Positions 13,441 to 31,610 of a DNA stretch of 64,000 nt are shown one piece after another (positions within the stretch are counted from its first letter, which is position 1; each line of letters opens with the position of its first letter). The notes under the pieces are model-generated. The model saw only the letters and a list, made by a program, of their open reading frames with translations. It made no database searches and was not told the DNA's origin. The translations under genes and the position numbers were made by a program. This stretch comes from the human T2T-CHM13v2.0 reference genome, Homo sapiens, in the NCBI RefSeq assembly GCF_009914755.1, contig NC_060926.1; one strand, written 5' to 3'.

Positions 13441-14794
13441 GCATGCAACATGATCTGCTAACCTTCTTATTTCTATTGTAATGAATTCATTTCTATAGGT
13501 TTGGTAAATGGGAAAGTGTATTGTATATAATTTTTTCAATCCTTTTATATTTTATATTAATATGTAACAGCTCACAGAAAAGTATGCTAGCACAACTGAA
13601 CACAGCAAGTTGTACAAAACTGGAGTAAACAAAAAGTCACTCCAATCCTTCCTCTTAGATCAATTTAGCCATTGGCTTTGTCTTAGAAGTTCTCAATTCT
13701 TCCCAAACTCTGTACATTTTGCTCTTCATAATTCAGATTCAACCCTACTTTTCATCCTCTTTCATCAGCTACATTCAGCATTTTCTTAAAAGACAAAATT
13801 CTGTGTTACTATGGTATTTTTCATTAGGAACTTAATATTTCTTTACAGTCATTCTTGGGTATTTGAAGATTGTTACAATTTTTGTTATACTGGTTACAAA
13901 GTTTCAAAGGTCAAGTGATCCATTCCAGCTGCATTTTCCCCCTTAGTCTCTGTTGTATTTGTGCACATGATTTTTAGGAATGCAAACACCTGTACATATA
14001 AAGTCTTGAGAATAGGACGTGGCCCACTGAGTATATTTTAGGAAATTTCTGCTTTGTCAATAGCTAGGATTTGCATCCTAAAATTTTCTTATTAAACAAT
14101 GGGATGGGCCGTATTTTCCCTAAAGAGATTCTACCTAGATTATCATCAGGGCAATATCCTTCTTGCTTCTTAGCTTTTAAAAGATGTTGACAAACTAATG
14201 GTTAAAGGAAATGATAAAGGTAAAAATAAACTCAGAGTGATATTGAAAGGATTTTTCCTAAAGCTTAGTGCTGAGTCACCTATTCCATGACTCTTCTACC
14301 TAGACACCATTTCCCTACCCCAACTCCTGACATACAGTTCTTTTATCTTTTTAGGAATGGAGGGGAGTCTATTAACCTTAATATGTCATTTGTATGAATG
14401 ATGAAAGAAAGGATCAAACAGTATTAAATACAGCCAAGAGAGCACATGCAGCATACTAGTATTATTTGTGACATCTTCATTCCTCCTCCTGGAAGCTTCA
14501 AATCAGCAACATTAACTTTGGAATACCCACTTACCCCCACTTTCATATTAGATTTTCTTTACCTACCCGGGGCATATAGATATGACAAAGGGAAAATTTA
14601 AATACCTCCAATGATTCCAGTGAGAGGTTTGAACATTCTTCATCTTCTAAATTCAAGGACTCTCCCAAAACGCTTTCTGATTTATGGTTTCTGCTCTGGA
14701 GTCTGCACTTAACTGAAGCAAGATTGTTCTCAGTGTTTTGATACTCTTTGTTGAGAAACCCTACTAGAGATAAGTAGCTCTAATCAATGTTTTG

Positions 14795-15210
14795 TGTAAA
14801 TCTCCCTCTCCCATGTTTTCTACTTCAGCAAATGACATCTCATAATTTCAGGAACTCAAACTCAAAATGTCTTTGTCTTCACTCCTTGCCTTTCTCTCAA
14901 TCCCCCATCTCCAGTCAGTTGGTAAATCCATAGTTTCAATTCTGCAAAATTACTTAAATTATCCCATTTTCCCCCAGTCATTTGATACTGACTGCATACA
15001 AAATTCAGCCACTTCTCATCTAAAAGGGTATTTTAGCTTCAAATCATCCCTTCTCACTGGCTCTCAACAATCAATTTTTAGTTCCTTTCCTAGAATCCTA
15101 ATGATGATTAGAGGTATATTTCAAAGCACTTATACAATCAATATATTCCCTTTATTAAAATGCACACATAGAATAAAAAATTCTAAAACATGGGTAAGGA
15201 TTTCAAGGCT
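14795..15210 (+). mobile_element. L2 LINE fragment (interrupted by MLT2)
   Basis: ttcagcaaatgacatc...actccttgcctttctctcaatcccccatctccagtcagtt...aaatccatagtttcaattctgcaaaat matches the L2 3' region pattern. Confidence 0.6.
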
Positions 15211-15211
15211 C

Positions 15212-15608
15212 TGTGTTTTAGGGTTCTCCAAAGAAACAGAACTAGTAGGAGATGTGTGTGTATGTGTGAGAGATGATGAGAAAGGGGGTGTGCAGGAAAT
15301 TTGGGGATGGGGGAGAGAGATTTATCATAAGGAATTGGCTCATGTAATTATGTAAGCTGGGAAGTCAGAATCTTCAGTGTGGGCCAGTGGGCTTGAGACA
15401 CAAGCCAACCTATGGTACAGTTCCAGTCTGAAGTCAGTCTTGCTCTGGAGGTCGGTCTTTTTGTTCTTTTCATTCCTTTAACTGAACAGATAAGGTTCAC
15501 TGACTCACATTATGGAGGACAATCTTCTTTACCCAAAGTTCACAAGTTTAAATGTTAATTCCGTCAATAAAACACCCGTCAAGTTGATACCTAAAACTAA
15601 CCATCACA
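15212..15608 (-). mobile_element. MLT2 (ERVL) solo LTR
   Basis: tgtgtttagggttctccaaagaaacagaac...ataaggaattggctcatg...caagttgatacctaaaactaaccatcaca, diagnostic MLT2 termini. Confidence 0.85.
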
Positions 15609-16195
15609 CCTCCTGAAACTTATAAGCAGCCACTCAGGCTTTCTATGCCCTGCATGGACTGCAATTTACCCTGTACTCGAGGTACACTAAATGCTTTCTT
15701 TTTTCTCTTTTAATTTCGACACATATCTGTTAAGCACCTACTTTATTCTAAATACTGAAGACAATATGGGCCAAGATACAACCTTTATTCTTCTACTTCT
15801 GTTCATACTTTCCTTTCCTTGGAATTTCTCCCACTTCTCTACCCAAGATCAATGCTAGTAAGACTCTGCTCCACTGTGGAATATGCCCACTTCTTTCTTT
15901 AAATCTTTTAAAAATCATTGCCATATTTATAATGACTCTGTTTTGCAATTGCATATTGATGCTATATATTGTTGCAAAAATTAAGTCTTTTAGTTTTTGT
16001 TATATATGTGTGAATACACACACTTGTATTGAAATATTATTATTTTTTTCCCTATCCCATCATGAATAGCTGAGGGAAGAAAGTTTATAGTCCACAGTAA
16101 CCAACCCAGCCCTTGGTATATGGGAAATGTTGAAAGGGTACAAATAGATATAATACTAGATAACAGAGCCTTTGTAACATTGCTTCTGCCTTATT

Positions 16196-18464
<2,269 letters not shown>

Positions 18465-19084
18465 TGCTTCTGCCTTATTAAGAAAATCTATAAATTCAGG
18501 GCTTTTGCACCCATGAGGAACAAATAGTTCATGCACTAGAACAGAGGAGTGATATTATGTTGTTTGCACAATTTCGTTTCATTAAGTCTATGACCCTTAA
18601 ATTGCAGCTCCAGCCACCTCAACACAGGGAAGATTAGATGCCATTTGTTTTTCAAAGAGGATTTTTTTTTTTTTCCCTGAGGGTCATGCTTAAGAGGAAA
18701 CAATATTCTCCATTTGTTGGTCAGATTTCCTTATAACATGGTACAAAGATTTCACTGCCTCCTTTTGTGACCATTCACCTCTTTATATTTTCTACATCAT
18801 ACATTCTTTTTCTGTTTTTGGTAGGGGATGATCAGTAAAGCTGAGAATAAAACTGAATGGGGAAGCCTTATTCAGGTAATTTTTCCTTCTTCCCCAGTCA
18901 AGTTCTTAGATTACATAATTTTATGGGGTTGTAGATATTTTCTAAATTTCACTAATTTTCAGAACTGGATGCATTATAATGTTTTGAGAAGTCAATAAGC
19001 TCAATATGAACATAGTTTTTTACCTACATATTGTTTAATAGTACCTTATGATTCTACAACTTAACACCTGTCCTTGATCTGCTA

Positions 19085-19240
19085 CATTCTCTTGGCATTT
19101 GAGAACCTTTGACGTAGTTAAGTTCCTTACCTTTCAGATGAGGAGACCACTGAGTCAGTCAACCAGTATTAATAGCTGCATTTGAACTCAGCTCTCCTGA
19201 TTGCTGGTCTGAGTGTCTGCTGGTTAACATTGCCTCTTCT
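19085..19240 (-). mobile_element. MIR-family fragment
   Basis: cctttcagatgaggagaccactgag...atttgaactcagctctcctgatt. Confidence 0.5.
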
Positions 19241-20289
19241 AATAAATAGATGCCTTATTTTATTAACCTGACTAATAAAGAGGCAAACTTATTGAACCTC
19301 ACCTTGGCAAAAGCCATGGGTCCTGAGATTCAAATATTTCACAGGAACCACCTGTGTTTGCATTTTCCTGGGCAGACCATTAGCATGATAAAAATGTAGT
19401 TTCTGTAGAGGGAACAGAATGATCAATTTAAAATAAAGCCAGAAGAATTAGCCTCATATACGTGGTGTTATAATCAGCTTAATTAGGAGATAAGCCAGGA
19501 TGTGTAGCATCTCATCTTTGCACAAATACTCAAAAAGCAGCAGGAAGAAGGAAATAGTGTCACAATCTGGAAGGACCAACAGAGCCAATAAAATTTAACT
19601 GACACCAAAGCCACACATCAGGTATAATTTGCTAATGGACTGGCACATTGAGCACCTTGAAGATAAAATTAGGAACCAAATCCTCTTGCATTCAAAAGGT
19701 ACAAGGAATTAGTGGAGTTAATAGGTTTTATAGAAGCATTTGCTGGTACTTTGCTCTGACTGAATGTAAAGGCTAACCCTGTAATTGCAGAATAATGAAG
19801 CACAAGCCAAGGCAGGGATGATAATGTCTATGAATGGCAATAACTTTATCAGCTAAGAAGGGATTTTCTAGAGCTGCTTGATCCAACAAGATGATTTAGC
19901 TAAAGGTGCACATATTTTCTGATTATGAAGACCTCCTGATATCAATGGAGAGAGTAAGATAGGAAGGAGAAAAATGTGCAGATGAACAATAAGATATCAA
20001 GTTAAGTGTTACAGCCAAGAATATATTAATAATGACCAAAGGAATATTGTGTCTATTCAATTAACAAATCAGGTTATTGTTGTTATCCTTTGGATATTCC
20101 CAGGGTCTAATTTTTTTTTTAAAGATGGCACAGCATTTTTTTTTTGTCTTTCTAAATTACCTTTGACTTATAGGGCAGCAATGAAATATAGATTATACCC
20201 TTTGTGCAAGTTATCTAGCCTTCTTCCCCTAGGCTCAGGATTTCTAATTATAGAACATTAGACTTGAAAGAGACCTGAGTCATCTAAAG

Positions 20290-20476
20290 ACTTGGTTCCC
20301 AAGTGCTGTAATATGGAGCAGGACTGACTGGGAAGCTTCAGATTCAGCTAGGGAATTGAGAACAACAGAAACCTGGGACCCATTAATAGAATTATTGATT
20401 CAGTGGGATTGAGACTGGTCTAGAAATCTGAATCTCTTCAGGTGATTCAGATATACGGCAAGTTAGGATAACATGG
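20290..20476. mobile_element. MER5A-like MITE
   Basis: tggttcccaagtg...tgattcagtgggattgagactggtctagaaatctg...caggtgattcagat...aagttaggataacatgg. Confidence 0.55.
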
Positions 20477-21850
20477 AGAATTTACAGTATGTTTAAGAAA
20501 AGCTTTTTCACATTTTTTTGAAAACTTCTCATGAAAAGGAATTAACACATAAGTCACACTTTACAGACAAAATCTCTACATTGAGACACTAGTTTGCTCC
20601 ACAATAAGAAATCTACCTTTGTTCTGACCTCTAAATCAATTTATACATTATTTTCCTAATACAATTTGTGTGTACCTGTCACTTAATTCAGGTATACAAA
20701 CACACAAATCCAATCAAGCCCTCTTTGCATTTATTCTCATTTATACCATTTCCAACTTATTGTTTACAGAAAAAGACATATGGCTATTTGCCAAAGAAGC
20801 TGTCTTAGTCTACCCAAGTGTCAGGATATAGCCAAGCTTTTGCCTATACCTAGCACCATGTCATACAAACTACGGTGATTCAGCAAAGCATATATCTTTT
20901 TCTATGAAAATTAAATAATGTTTTTTTTATCTGCATGGGATAGAGAATCCAGATATTTAGATTGAGAAGGATGTCATTAACACCTTCTTTATTCCACAAA
21001 TAAACTGAGGCCATAGAAAAACAATATCCAAAATTATCACGTTTAATTTCAACAAAACAGTAAAACTATAGCATTTGAAAAGCTGTCTTTATTCATATGT
21101 ATGAATGTGTATCTAGGGTACATGGAATACAGAAGAGTTGCTGAGCGTTGTCTTAGATGGTTTTATGTATCCTTTTTTAGTCAAGTGAAATTAAGGAATT
21201 AATCTAGGGGAAAACATTGTAACACACTGACATTCAATTTATTGGACTCAAATAATATTCAGTTGGCTGTTTTGAAAGGGAAGAGAAAATCATAAATATG
21301 AGAAGTTTCATGTTCAATTGGAATTTGATCATTTGTAGATCTGCAGTTTAAAAATTACCCTAGAACTTTTTTCCCCTAGTGGGGAGAGTACCAGATAAAC
21401 TTTAGTTGAATTCATGTAGCATAAAATTCAAATAAGATTTCTGTGCCAAACAAATATGGGCAAATTTCAAACCAGGTTTGAAAGGGACAGTGATGATGAT
21501 GATAAAAAGACAAGTACTGTCAATATCTAGGTCAAATATACTTTTTCTTCTATTTCTCCATATAGAGCTCTGAACAAGATAAATCTTTAAAAAAACTATG
21601 AAAAGTTTTTGCACCTTCCTTTCACTGTGTCCTCATTCCGTATACTATCCTTTTTCTTGTTCCATTCTCCCCTCCTACCAACTGCTTTTTATGAGCACCT
21701 ATAACTGTAGGCATCATTCTCACTCAAGTCTAATTGATTGAAAAAAGCAAAATTAGTATACTTTTCATTTGACTGTCTGCGTTTTCACAGGAATTGAGTT
21801 TCCTTAAGTGGATTACATTTTAACTATGGAATTTTAGGCCTCTTGCTCTT

Positions 21851-22260
21851 CATTAATTTACCAGTCATTTCCTGATGTCTTATGTGCCAGGACACGGTCT
21901 AGAACTTCCGACTATGAAAATGAATAATAATGCTCAGGGTGCCTGTCATTAAGTTATCCACCGTCATGTATGGTAGACAGAAAAGTAAACAATTACAAAT
22001 TGCACATAATATAGTTGATCTGGGAGCAGAGAGAAGGCACATTTACCTTGGCATGAAAAGTGTTTGTCCCATGTGCAGGGCTGAAATATATTTTTTTAAT
22101 ACAATGGAGACATGAGTTTGTCTTAAGGATCAAGAAGTAGTTATCTGGGTGAATGTGGTTGATGGAAAAAGAGAAAGAGAGCAACATTCCAGGGAGAACA
22201 AAGATTTGTGCAAAGTATGGGGGGAATAGAAAGAGTGTTTTGAGAAATAATATGTGAATT
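21851..22260 (-). mobile_element. L2 LINE 3' fragment
   Basis: Reverse L2 3' end: cattaatttacc...tatgtgccaggacacggtctag...agacagaaaagtaaacaatt...acattccagggagaaca...tgtgcaaag. Confidence 0.65.
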
Positions 22261-22295
22261 GAAGGGCCAAATGAATGGCCTAAGAGATAAGTGAG

Positions 22296-22670
22296 CATAT
22301 TAGTTCGTTTTCACACTGCTATAAAGAACTTCCTGAGACTGGGTAATTTATGAAGAAAAAAGGTTTAATTGACTCACAGTTCCACAGATTTAATAGGAAG
22401 CATGACTCGGAGGCCTCAGGAAACTTACAGTCATGGCAGAAGTTAAAGGAGAAGCAAAGACCTTATTCACATGGTGGCAGGAGAGAGAGAATGAAGAAAA
22501 GTCACACACTTTAAAACCATCAGATCTCATGAGAACTTACTATCACAAGAACAGGGAAGGGGAAATCCACCCCAATGATCCAATCACTTCCTACCAAGCT
22601 CATCCCTTGACACATAGGGATTACAATTAGACATGAGATTTGGGTGGGGACACAGAGCCAAACCATATCA
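22296..22670 (-). mobile_element. THE1D-like MaLR solo LTR
   Basis: Ends with tgggtggggacacagagccaaaccatatca (reverse of TGATATGGTTTGGCTCTGTGTCCCCACCCA); perfect 5-bp TSD gtgag at 22291-22295 and 22671-22675. Confidence 0.92.
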
Positions 22671-24159
22671 GTGAGGAAAAGTGAACTGCAAACGGAAACC
22701 ACCAAGGGTTTTAGCTCGTGAAAGCAAACAAACACATGCAATTCCATCAACAATTTTTGTTTTTATGTTTTCCTTTGTGCTACTAAGTACCAAAGGCAAT
22801 GTATCCCCTTTTTCCTGATCAACTAGAAAACAGACCAAATGATAGAATATGTATGGTATAGGACCATGCCCTAAACCCTTCATCTGGTTAAGTTTCTCAC
22901 TCCTAGAGATTATTTTTGATCGTTTGCTTTTGTATTTCATTATAGCAGTAAAATGTTAAATAATTTTTGGGGCCAGATGGGTAACATAAGTGATCAAATT
23001 GTTGCCAAATGAATTGGCTCAAGCCACCCTAATATAGGAGCCCACTATCCCTCACAGACACTGCTATGAAGACAGGCCTTTTCTAAAATAAGCCATAAGT
23101 CCTGTTTTTAATATAAAATCTTATTTTCTTATGATCATGTCATTTAAATTTGGAGAAAGGAAGGGAGACTGTATTGGCCAAATAAGCCACATCTTTGAAC
23201 TGGCTTTACCCAGAAGATGACCAGTTTCTGATCTGAATTACAGCTACTCTCAGTCTTAGAAATATAACCTTCACATGTGTTCAGCAGCCTGAAAGTGTCA
23301 CATTTGAACACTATGATTTTCAAAATAAATATACATAAAGGAAACATAATTTGGCTGATTTAGTTGTGGTGAGTAGATGTGGTGGAACATAGGAAAAGTG
23401 AGTTTCTTGTTTTCATACAGCAGAGGTACAAGAAAAATCAATCTTGTTGACACTTAAAATTCTATTCAACCTTTTTAAAAGGTGACTGACAACTTGAGTG
23501 ATCTTTTTTTCTATTGCTTTCTGCTGTAGTATGCTATATAATTAAGTAGAATTCAATTATTGAAACATGTAGCTATATCTTTATAATTTCTGGAAGAAAA
23601 ACTGAGAGGAAGGGTGGGAATAAAACCACATTTTGGTATTTGAGATAAAGGGTAAATTGAAATGTATGTAAGCTTTCTCTCAATGATCCATCCTGGTAAA
23701 CTATTGTCCCAGAACAATTTTGAATAGTCTTTTAGTTTTAATAATAATGTAGCTATGTGTGCATAGATTGAGGTTTGTGACTAATTAGCCTATTTCAGTT
23801 CTCCAGACAAAGAAAGCACCATTAACCCACGCTAATCATCAAGTTTGACATTATGCACTATCCAAAGAAGTAAAGGGTGCGAGTAATCAGAGTTCTAGAA
23901 ACAATAGTCAAGTCTCACATCTGAATAAATCAAATGGGTGCGCTTAATATTCTCAGATCAAGGCAGGTCTGTAGAAATAGTGTATACTGCAGCTCTGATT
24001 CCCACGAAGTGTTCTATATGCATATGTAACAATATAAGTCATTTATTCTCACTTTAAACAAAGCTAGAGCACAATTCATAGTAGAGAATGTTGTATTTGC
24101 CAGAGGTTTATCGATGTATTTGCTGGTTTCAGGCCCAAGTGTCACTTCAATATTAATGA

Positions 24160-25470
24160 GAACTTTTTATTTTATTTTTTAAATTTAATCAAATTATATA
24201 TGTACACATTTTGAAACAATTATTACTAAGATGTATATTACAAAGTACAACAGTCTCTGCTTTGATTTCTTTGCGACACCTGTCCTGATCTTCTGGAGGC
24301 CACCATATTCAGTTTAACCTCCAAAGCTTTGTCTTCATATTTGCAAATAATTTGCTTACAATTGATATTCTTTATTGATACACCTAGATTATATTTACTG
24401 ACTTTTATGATTGTTTAAAACTTACAATTTCATACAACTTTCAATCCTCCATCCTTAAGCTAATTATATCCTAATTTTTATTTCAGTTCTTTATTGACAT
24501 GACTATAATTTCATAAATATTCCTTGCTGGTGAGCCTAGTAGTATTTTCACATAAGACTTTCTTTTATAGAATTTTTACAAACAAATCTACCATGGATTC
24601 ATTCATAGTTATTCCCAAGGTCAAAAATAGTACCAAATGTATCATTTCCATTATGTTCTTGGAACTTTCCCCTCAGTCCGTTTGTCTTTTCAGTGTTTAG
24701 CTCTGAGAAACTTATGTCATGATATTATATTGTAAGCAAACATTTATTCTCTAAAGGACTAATATATATAATATTATATCTTATATAATATATAAGATAT
24801 ATTATGTTATATATTATATTATATATACTCTTAGTGATTCATTGTTGTCAGAATATTGAATTCTTGGTTAGAATAAACTTTTCTCAGATTTTCAAGTTAT
24901 TATCTTACTTTTTTTCAAAATAATGTGCTGTTGGTAAGAAACAAAGCTCTTTATATTCTCCTTTCTTTTGGATGTGATCTGTTACTTTTGTTCCTCTGGA
25001 TGCTTTTGGGATCTTTTAACTTATTGATAATCTTCAATTTCATAAGGATTTGACTTGCAGTGAGCTTTTTATCAATCACTCAACATACTGTCTACTTATT
25101 AATACCTTGGTCAGAAAATACACATAATTCAGTTCTTGCATGTTTATTTCTATTGTATTGAAGTTTCTCTACCTTTATTTTTCCTTCTCTAAAATTTATA
25201 TTGTTTCTGGTAGTTGGGCCTCCTTTAATGATCTTTTTATTCATTCGTTCTTTCTGTTCTAATTTCTAGGATATCTCCTTGACTTTATATTCAAAACTCT
25301 TTACCTATTTTACTTTAGTTTCATTTATTTCAAATGATATTTTTATCCTACATATCTTAGTAGCAGTATTCTTTTGCCTAAATGTTAGAGCTTACTTTAT
25401 ATATCTGAAACTATTAATTGTGTTTTTATTTGCTTCCTATACTGTTTGCATTGTGTCAATTTTTTAACGT
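24160..25470 (-). mobile_element. Old, highly degenerate L1M-type LINE fragments
   Basis: T-rich strand bias, reverse L1M-like 3' end (aattatatatgtacacatttt) and ORF1-like tracts. Subfamily and boundaries uncertain. Confidence 0.4.
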
Positions 25471-26394
25471 CCTCCTTATCCTGTAAACACTCTCAAACAT
25501 CTGGTGATCATTGACTCTTTATTATAATTAAGAATAAGACACTGGGAGGCTGGCTGTGAGCACAAGTTAACAGATGGGGCATGCTGACTGGAGGTCTTGA
25601 ATATAAGGTGACTGGGTGGAGTGCTGTTTTTTTGTTTGTGTGTTTGTTTGTTTTGTTTTGTCTTTTTTTGAACAAAACCCCACATATCAGCATCTCAGAC
25701 TTTTTAAAGGTATTTTAACCCTGACATTGAGTTTCTCTAGAACCTGTCTTTCAGGCTCCAATTTGGGGAGGATATAGAACAACGTCATAGCAATGGAAGG
25801 TACCTGAAAATATCTCATCATTCAGTTTTCAGCTTCCAATTTATTCCTGAGTTTCCTTTGTCATTTTTTAGGTGTCCATGTCCCCATCTCCTGCCAATGT
25901 AGCCAGAAACCCAGAAGCTCTGAACTTATTTTCAAAGAACAACATTTACCAACAAGCAGGGTGGAGTTAGTTTTACAGCTATAGACTGGGAAGAAGTAAA
26001 TGAATATGTGAGGATACCAATAGATGTTACTCCTGACAGGTTTTAACTAACCTCTCTGATTGTAGCTTGATGCCTTACCACATCTTCTCCGGTACCCCGT
26101 GCCATCAAATTCCAGGTTTACTCACTGTAATCTCTTAAATTTTATCCAGCTCGTTTGACCTTCTAAGTCAGTCAATAATCCTCTACTGTTCAGGTTTATC
26201 TTCTAGGACTCTATTGGGCTATTAGCCAAATGCTGGCTAGTATCTCATTTTTCTCAATTCTTATTGGTTTCTACCTTCTCTTTGCTGTTACCATTATAAA
26301 ATCTTCAGAGAAATACATTTCTGCTTTCAATTCCTTAGGTTTCACTCAGTTGAGATTCAGGATTTTTCTCTGCATTTTTAAGAAGAATTAAAGT

Positions 26395-26515
26395 GGCCAG
26401 GCATGGTGGCTCACACCTGTACCTCCCAGCACTTCGGGAGGCCAAGGTAGGTGGATCACCTGAGGTCAGGAGTTCGAGACCAGTTTGGCCAACATGGTGA
26501 AACCCTGTCTCTACT

Positions 26516-26517
<2 letters not shown>
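26395..26517 (+). mobile_element. AluS left arm (of an Alu split by L1PA4)
   Basis: ggccaggcatggtggctcac...aaccctgtctctactaa, then an abrupt switch to L1; upstream TSD copy aagaattaaagt at 26383-26394. Confidence 0.93.
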
Positions 26518-28081
<1,564 letters not shown>

Positions 28082-29979
28082 GGATTAAAGTATCATTGAA
28101 CTAAGTAGTGATTTAAATGGCTTTTTCAATTTTTTAAAACAAAATCACCATTTTTTTTTTCTGAAAGCAGTATTAAGGTGACTAACAGGAATTTGTTTCT
28201 ATGACTTTTAGTACAATCACTTCTCTCAGCATTAGAGCAGTCGCTAGGTTGTTAGAATGTCTAAAGTGACAGGGAAAAGTACCCACTGGCAAAAATATCT
28301 AGTAGGAGAAAGGACCCTAGGATTTCTGCCTAACATAATGGTTTTTTATTTTCCCTCCCTCTGACTATGGGGGAAAAAATCACCTCAAAAACTGACACAA
28401 ATATATCAACAGTTTTCATTAAAAACACATTTATGTCAACATTAAGTAAGTTCCCATCAATTGTAATGGGACATTTATGCATGTGCAAAGTAAGGAAATA
28501 GAAACAGAACAATGTAGGGCACATTGTAATCCATTTAGAAGCTCATCATTTCCATAACAAGATCATAAAGCATTTCAGATGCATGACTTATCACCAGATT
28601 ACTAGAAAGATTTCTCCATTCCAGTTTTCAAACTTTCTATCCGGTGCTTTGGTTTACAGAATGCTTTCCCATTGAATATTTACAGGCAGAGCTTGTAGAA
28701 AAAAATAACAACATAGGCAGGGATGGATTTTGCTCTTACCAAATGATGTTCCAAGAGAATACATAAAACAATATTGATTAGAAACCTGCTAACAAACACT
28801 TTCCAATATCTGTCCTAAAAGCACTATTCCTAAAAGTATTAAGATAAATTATGACCTATGGTTTGCACCATGTTAGAAATCAATATATGAAAATGAAAAT
28901 AGACTTTCCAAGCCTACTTATTCCCTCTAAAGTCTTTCCTGGCCTTTCTGGCACTTGAATTAGATCCCTGCTTTTGAGCCCACTCACACAAAGCCAGATA
29001 GATACCTGCTCATCTGACCCAGGGATATCTAACACATCTTTTCTTTAGTGTTGTTAAGTAGTTTATTCTTGATATACAGGATGTTCCTATCTTGGCTTCA
29101 AATAAATTCTAGGACCAGTTGAACAAGACACTGAGACGAAGAAGCAATGAATATTGAAATGTAATAACAAGTCTCTATTTCATTTCTTCCTTCTGAATCT
29201 TGCCCCTTGGAAATAAATAGTTGGAAAAGTAAGAAATTATAGTAAAAGCATTGATATATATGGGAGGAGTAATTCGTGAATTTATTGCTGTTTTATACCC
29301 ATTATCATATTTGATCCTCATCTCAGCTATGTGGGGATAGAAAGGAGAAGTACTGGACTTTTTCCCACTTTACCTAATTTTAGTGAGGATAGGTGAGCTA
29401 ACTTCACACAGAGCTGGAACTAAATAGTTGGAGACACACAGAGGGGTTATTTTGATAGAACATACCTCACAGATTGCGTCAGGGTTTTATTCCAACTTTG
29501 ATTAGTCAAAATTTCTCTGGTGCCCAAGAGATCATTCAACACTATCCTTAGTTTCCACTTCCATTGACAAATTCATCATTTTTCTTTTATTAATACTGAT
29601 GAGGAAGGTAGATCACACATCTTTCTACTCACGCTAGAAAATTTTCTCATCCATTTTGATAATATATAACATGTCTTATTTAATGTTTGTCTTATTTCAC
29701 AGTAAGGCGGCATACAAATATAACATTCTTAAAATACAAGATGGTTTTATTAATGTATTGATGAGGGTATATGAACCTGAATACATTTAGCAATTGAATT
29801 TATTGAACCTTTCATCTAATATTGTCACGACACAAATATTTGGTTATAACTTGGTGTCCCACATAGGTGTGCCTATACTGCTGTTGGTCTTTAAAACATC
29901 CCACTTTAAAGAGAAACTACAGTATTTGTCTATTTTTCCTTCTTTTAGTGTCACTTAAAACTAAATGGTTTACTACTAT

Positions 29980-30150
29980 GAGTTCTAAAACAGTCATTGG
30001 GGTACCTGGCTTCAGTTTGATTTTGCTACTGACAAACTGCTTGACATCAGGCCATTTTTGTCACCTCTAAGTTTTAAGTTTATCTTTTCTCATTCAGTAA
30101 AATGAGAGAGCATTAGAGTAAATGATCTTAAAGTTTCAACTCTGATACTC
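29980..30150 (+). mobile_element. MIR3/MIRc fragment
   Basis: gtacctggcttcagt...gctactgacaaactgcttgac...ctcattcagtaaaatgagag...aaatgatcttaaagtttcaactctga. Confidence 0.6.
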
Positions 30151-31165
30151 AAGCACTTGCATGAAGTGCTGAAGTTTGTTCTAGGTTATAAGATAAGCTA
30201 GCAATGGAATTGGAAATAAAGCCCCTGGGATATATCTTTAGCTATAATCAGATGACCTAGAGAAAAGATAAATTTTATAAGAAGAGAAGAATAAATGAAT
30301 CAAAGGTGATATGGGAAATAAGGTTAAACACAATAGAGAGAATCATCTGAAAAAGAGCCAAGGATAAAATAAACACATGACATGACTGCATAATTATCTT
30401 TCCAGACACTACCAAGTCACAAAACCCAGATTATTTAACTTTGTCATTCCTTTACCACTAAAATTATGCTACGCAAATATCTACCATGTTTAGAAACTCT
30501 ATTTTTCTATTATTCCTGTGTTCTTTCCCCAGCATCCTCCTGAACGACATTTACCTTTCTTGGTACCCTCATGTGTTGTTGGCCACTCTAAGTGATAACT
30601 TCCGTTCCATCCTGTGCCACCTGCTTCCTAAACCCTAGCTGGCTGGAATCTCTGCCCTGGGTGTATCAATCTATAATGTAACCACACAATGAAATAACTT
30701 TATTTTAATGCTAAATACTTTTTATTTTCTGGCTGTGGCCTACCAGGGCTTTGCAAAGATTGTGGAGTAATAGCATCTTTCAGGAGGACCATCTGGATGT
30801 GGCTAAATGAAATTTGGTAAGGTGTTGATTCAGGAAATAAAAGTGAAATGGATATATTACATAAATCCCTACATATTTTTTTCAAGGCAATATGATGCAA
30901 TTTTTAAAAACCTGAAAAAGGTACATCCTGTGGGTTTTGCCATCTTTTAACTTGATTTAAATTGGCTGCAAAATAATCCATGATTATTAACAGTAAAATG
31001 GTCAGTTACGTGAACAAATATATGCATATCCTAAGAACACAGAAGAATACAAAAGGCTATACAGACATTCCTTGAAGATATTGCAGGTTTGGTTTCAGAC
31101 CACCTCAATAAAGTAGGTTACACAAATCTTTTGGTTTTTCCAGCACACATAAAAGTTATGCTTGG

Positions 31166-31463
31166 GGCCGGGCGCGGTGGCTCACTCATGTAATCCCAGC
31201 ACTTTGGGAGACCGAGAAGGGCAGACAGCCTGAGCTCAGGAGTTCAACAACCAGCCTGGGCAACACAAACCCCGTCTCTACTAAAAATACAAAAAATTAG
31301 CCTGGCATGGCGGCGAGCGCCTGTATTCCCAACTCGGGACTCGAGAGGCTGAGTCAGGAAAATCGCTTGAACCCGGGAGGCAGAGGTTGCATTAAGTGGG
31401 GATCGCGCCACTGCACTCCAGCCTGGGCACAGAGGCTCCGGCTCAAAAAAAAAAAAAAAAAAA
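31166..31463 (+). mobile_element. AluS inserted in Tigger1
   Basis: Dimeric Alu with A tail; flanking repeat aaaagttatg(c/t)tt. Confidence 0.95.
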
Positions 31464-31584
31464 GTTATGTTTAAATTATACTGTATTCTACTGTATAAAA
31501 TAGCATTATGTCTAAATGTACATACCTTATTTGAAAATTTATTACTGAAAAATGTTAATGATCATCAAAGCCTTCAAGTAATTT

Positions 31585-31610
31585 TGTGTGTGTGTGTGTG
31601 TGTGTGTGTG
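31585..31610. repeat. (TG)13 microsatellite
   Basis: Read directly from the sequence. Confidence 0.97.

Noticed and set aside
14867-15355. 162-aa ORF
   Set aside because: Reads across an L2/MLT2 junction; a chance open frame.
24775-24801. 13-bp-arm AT palindrome
   Set aside because: Lies within (TA)-rich low-complexity sequence where self-complementarity is expected.
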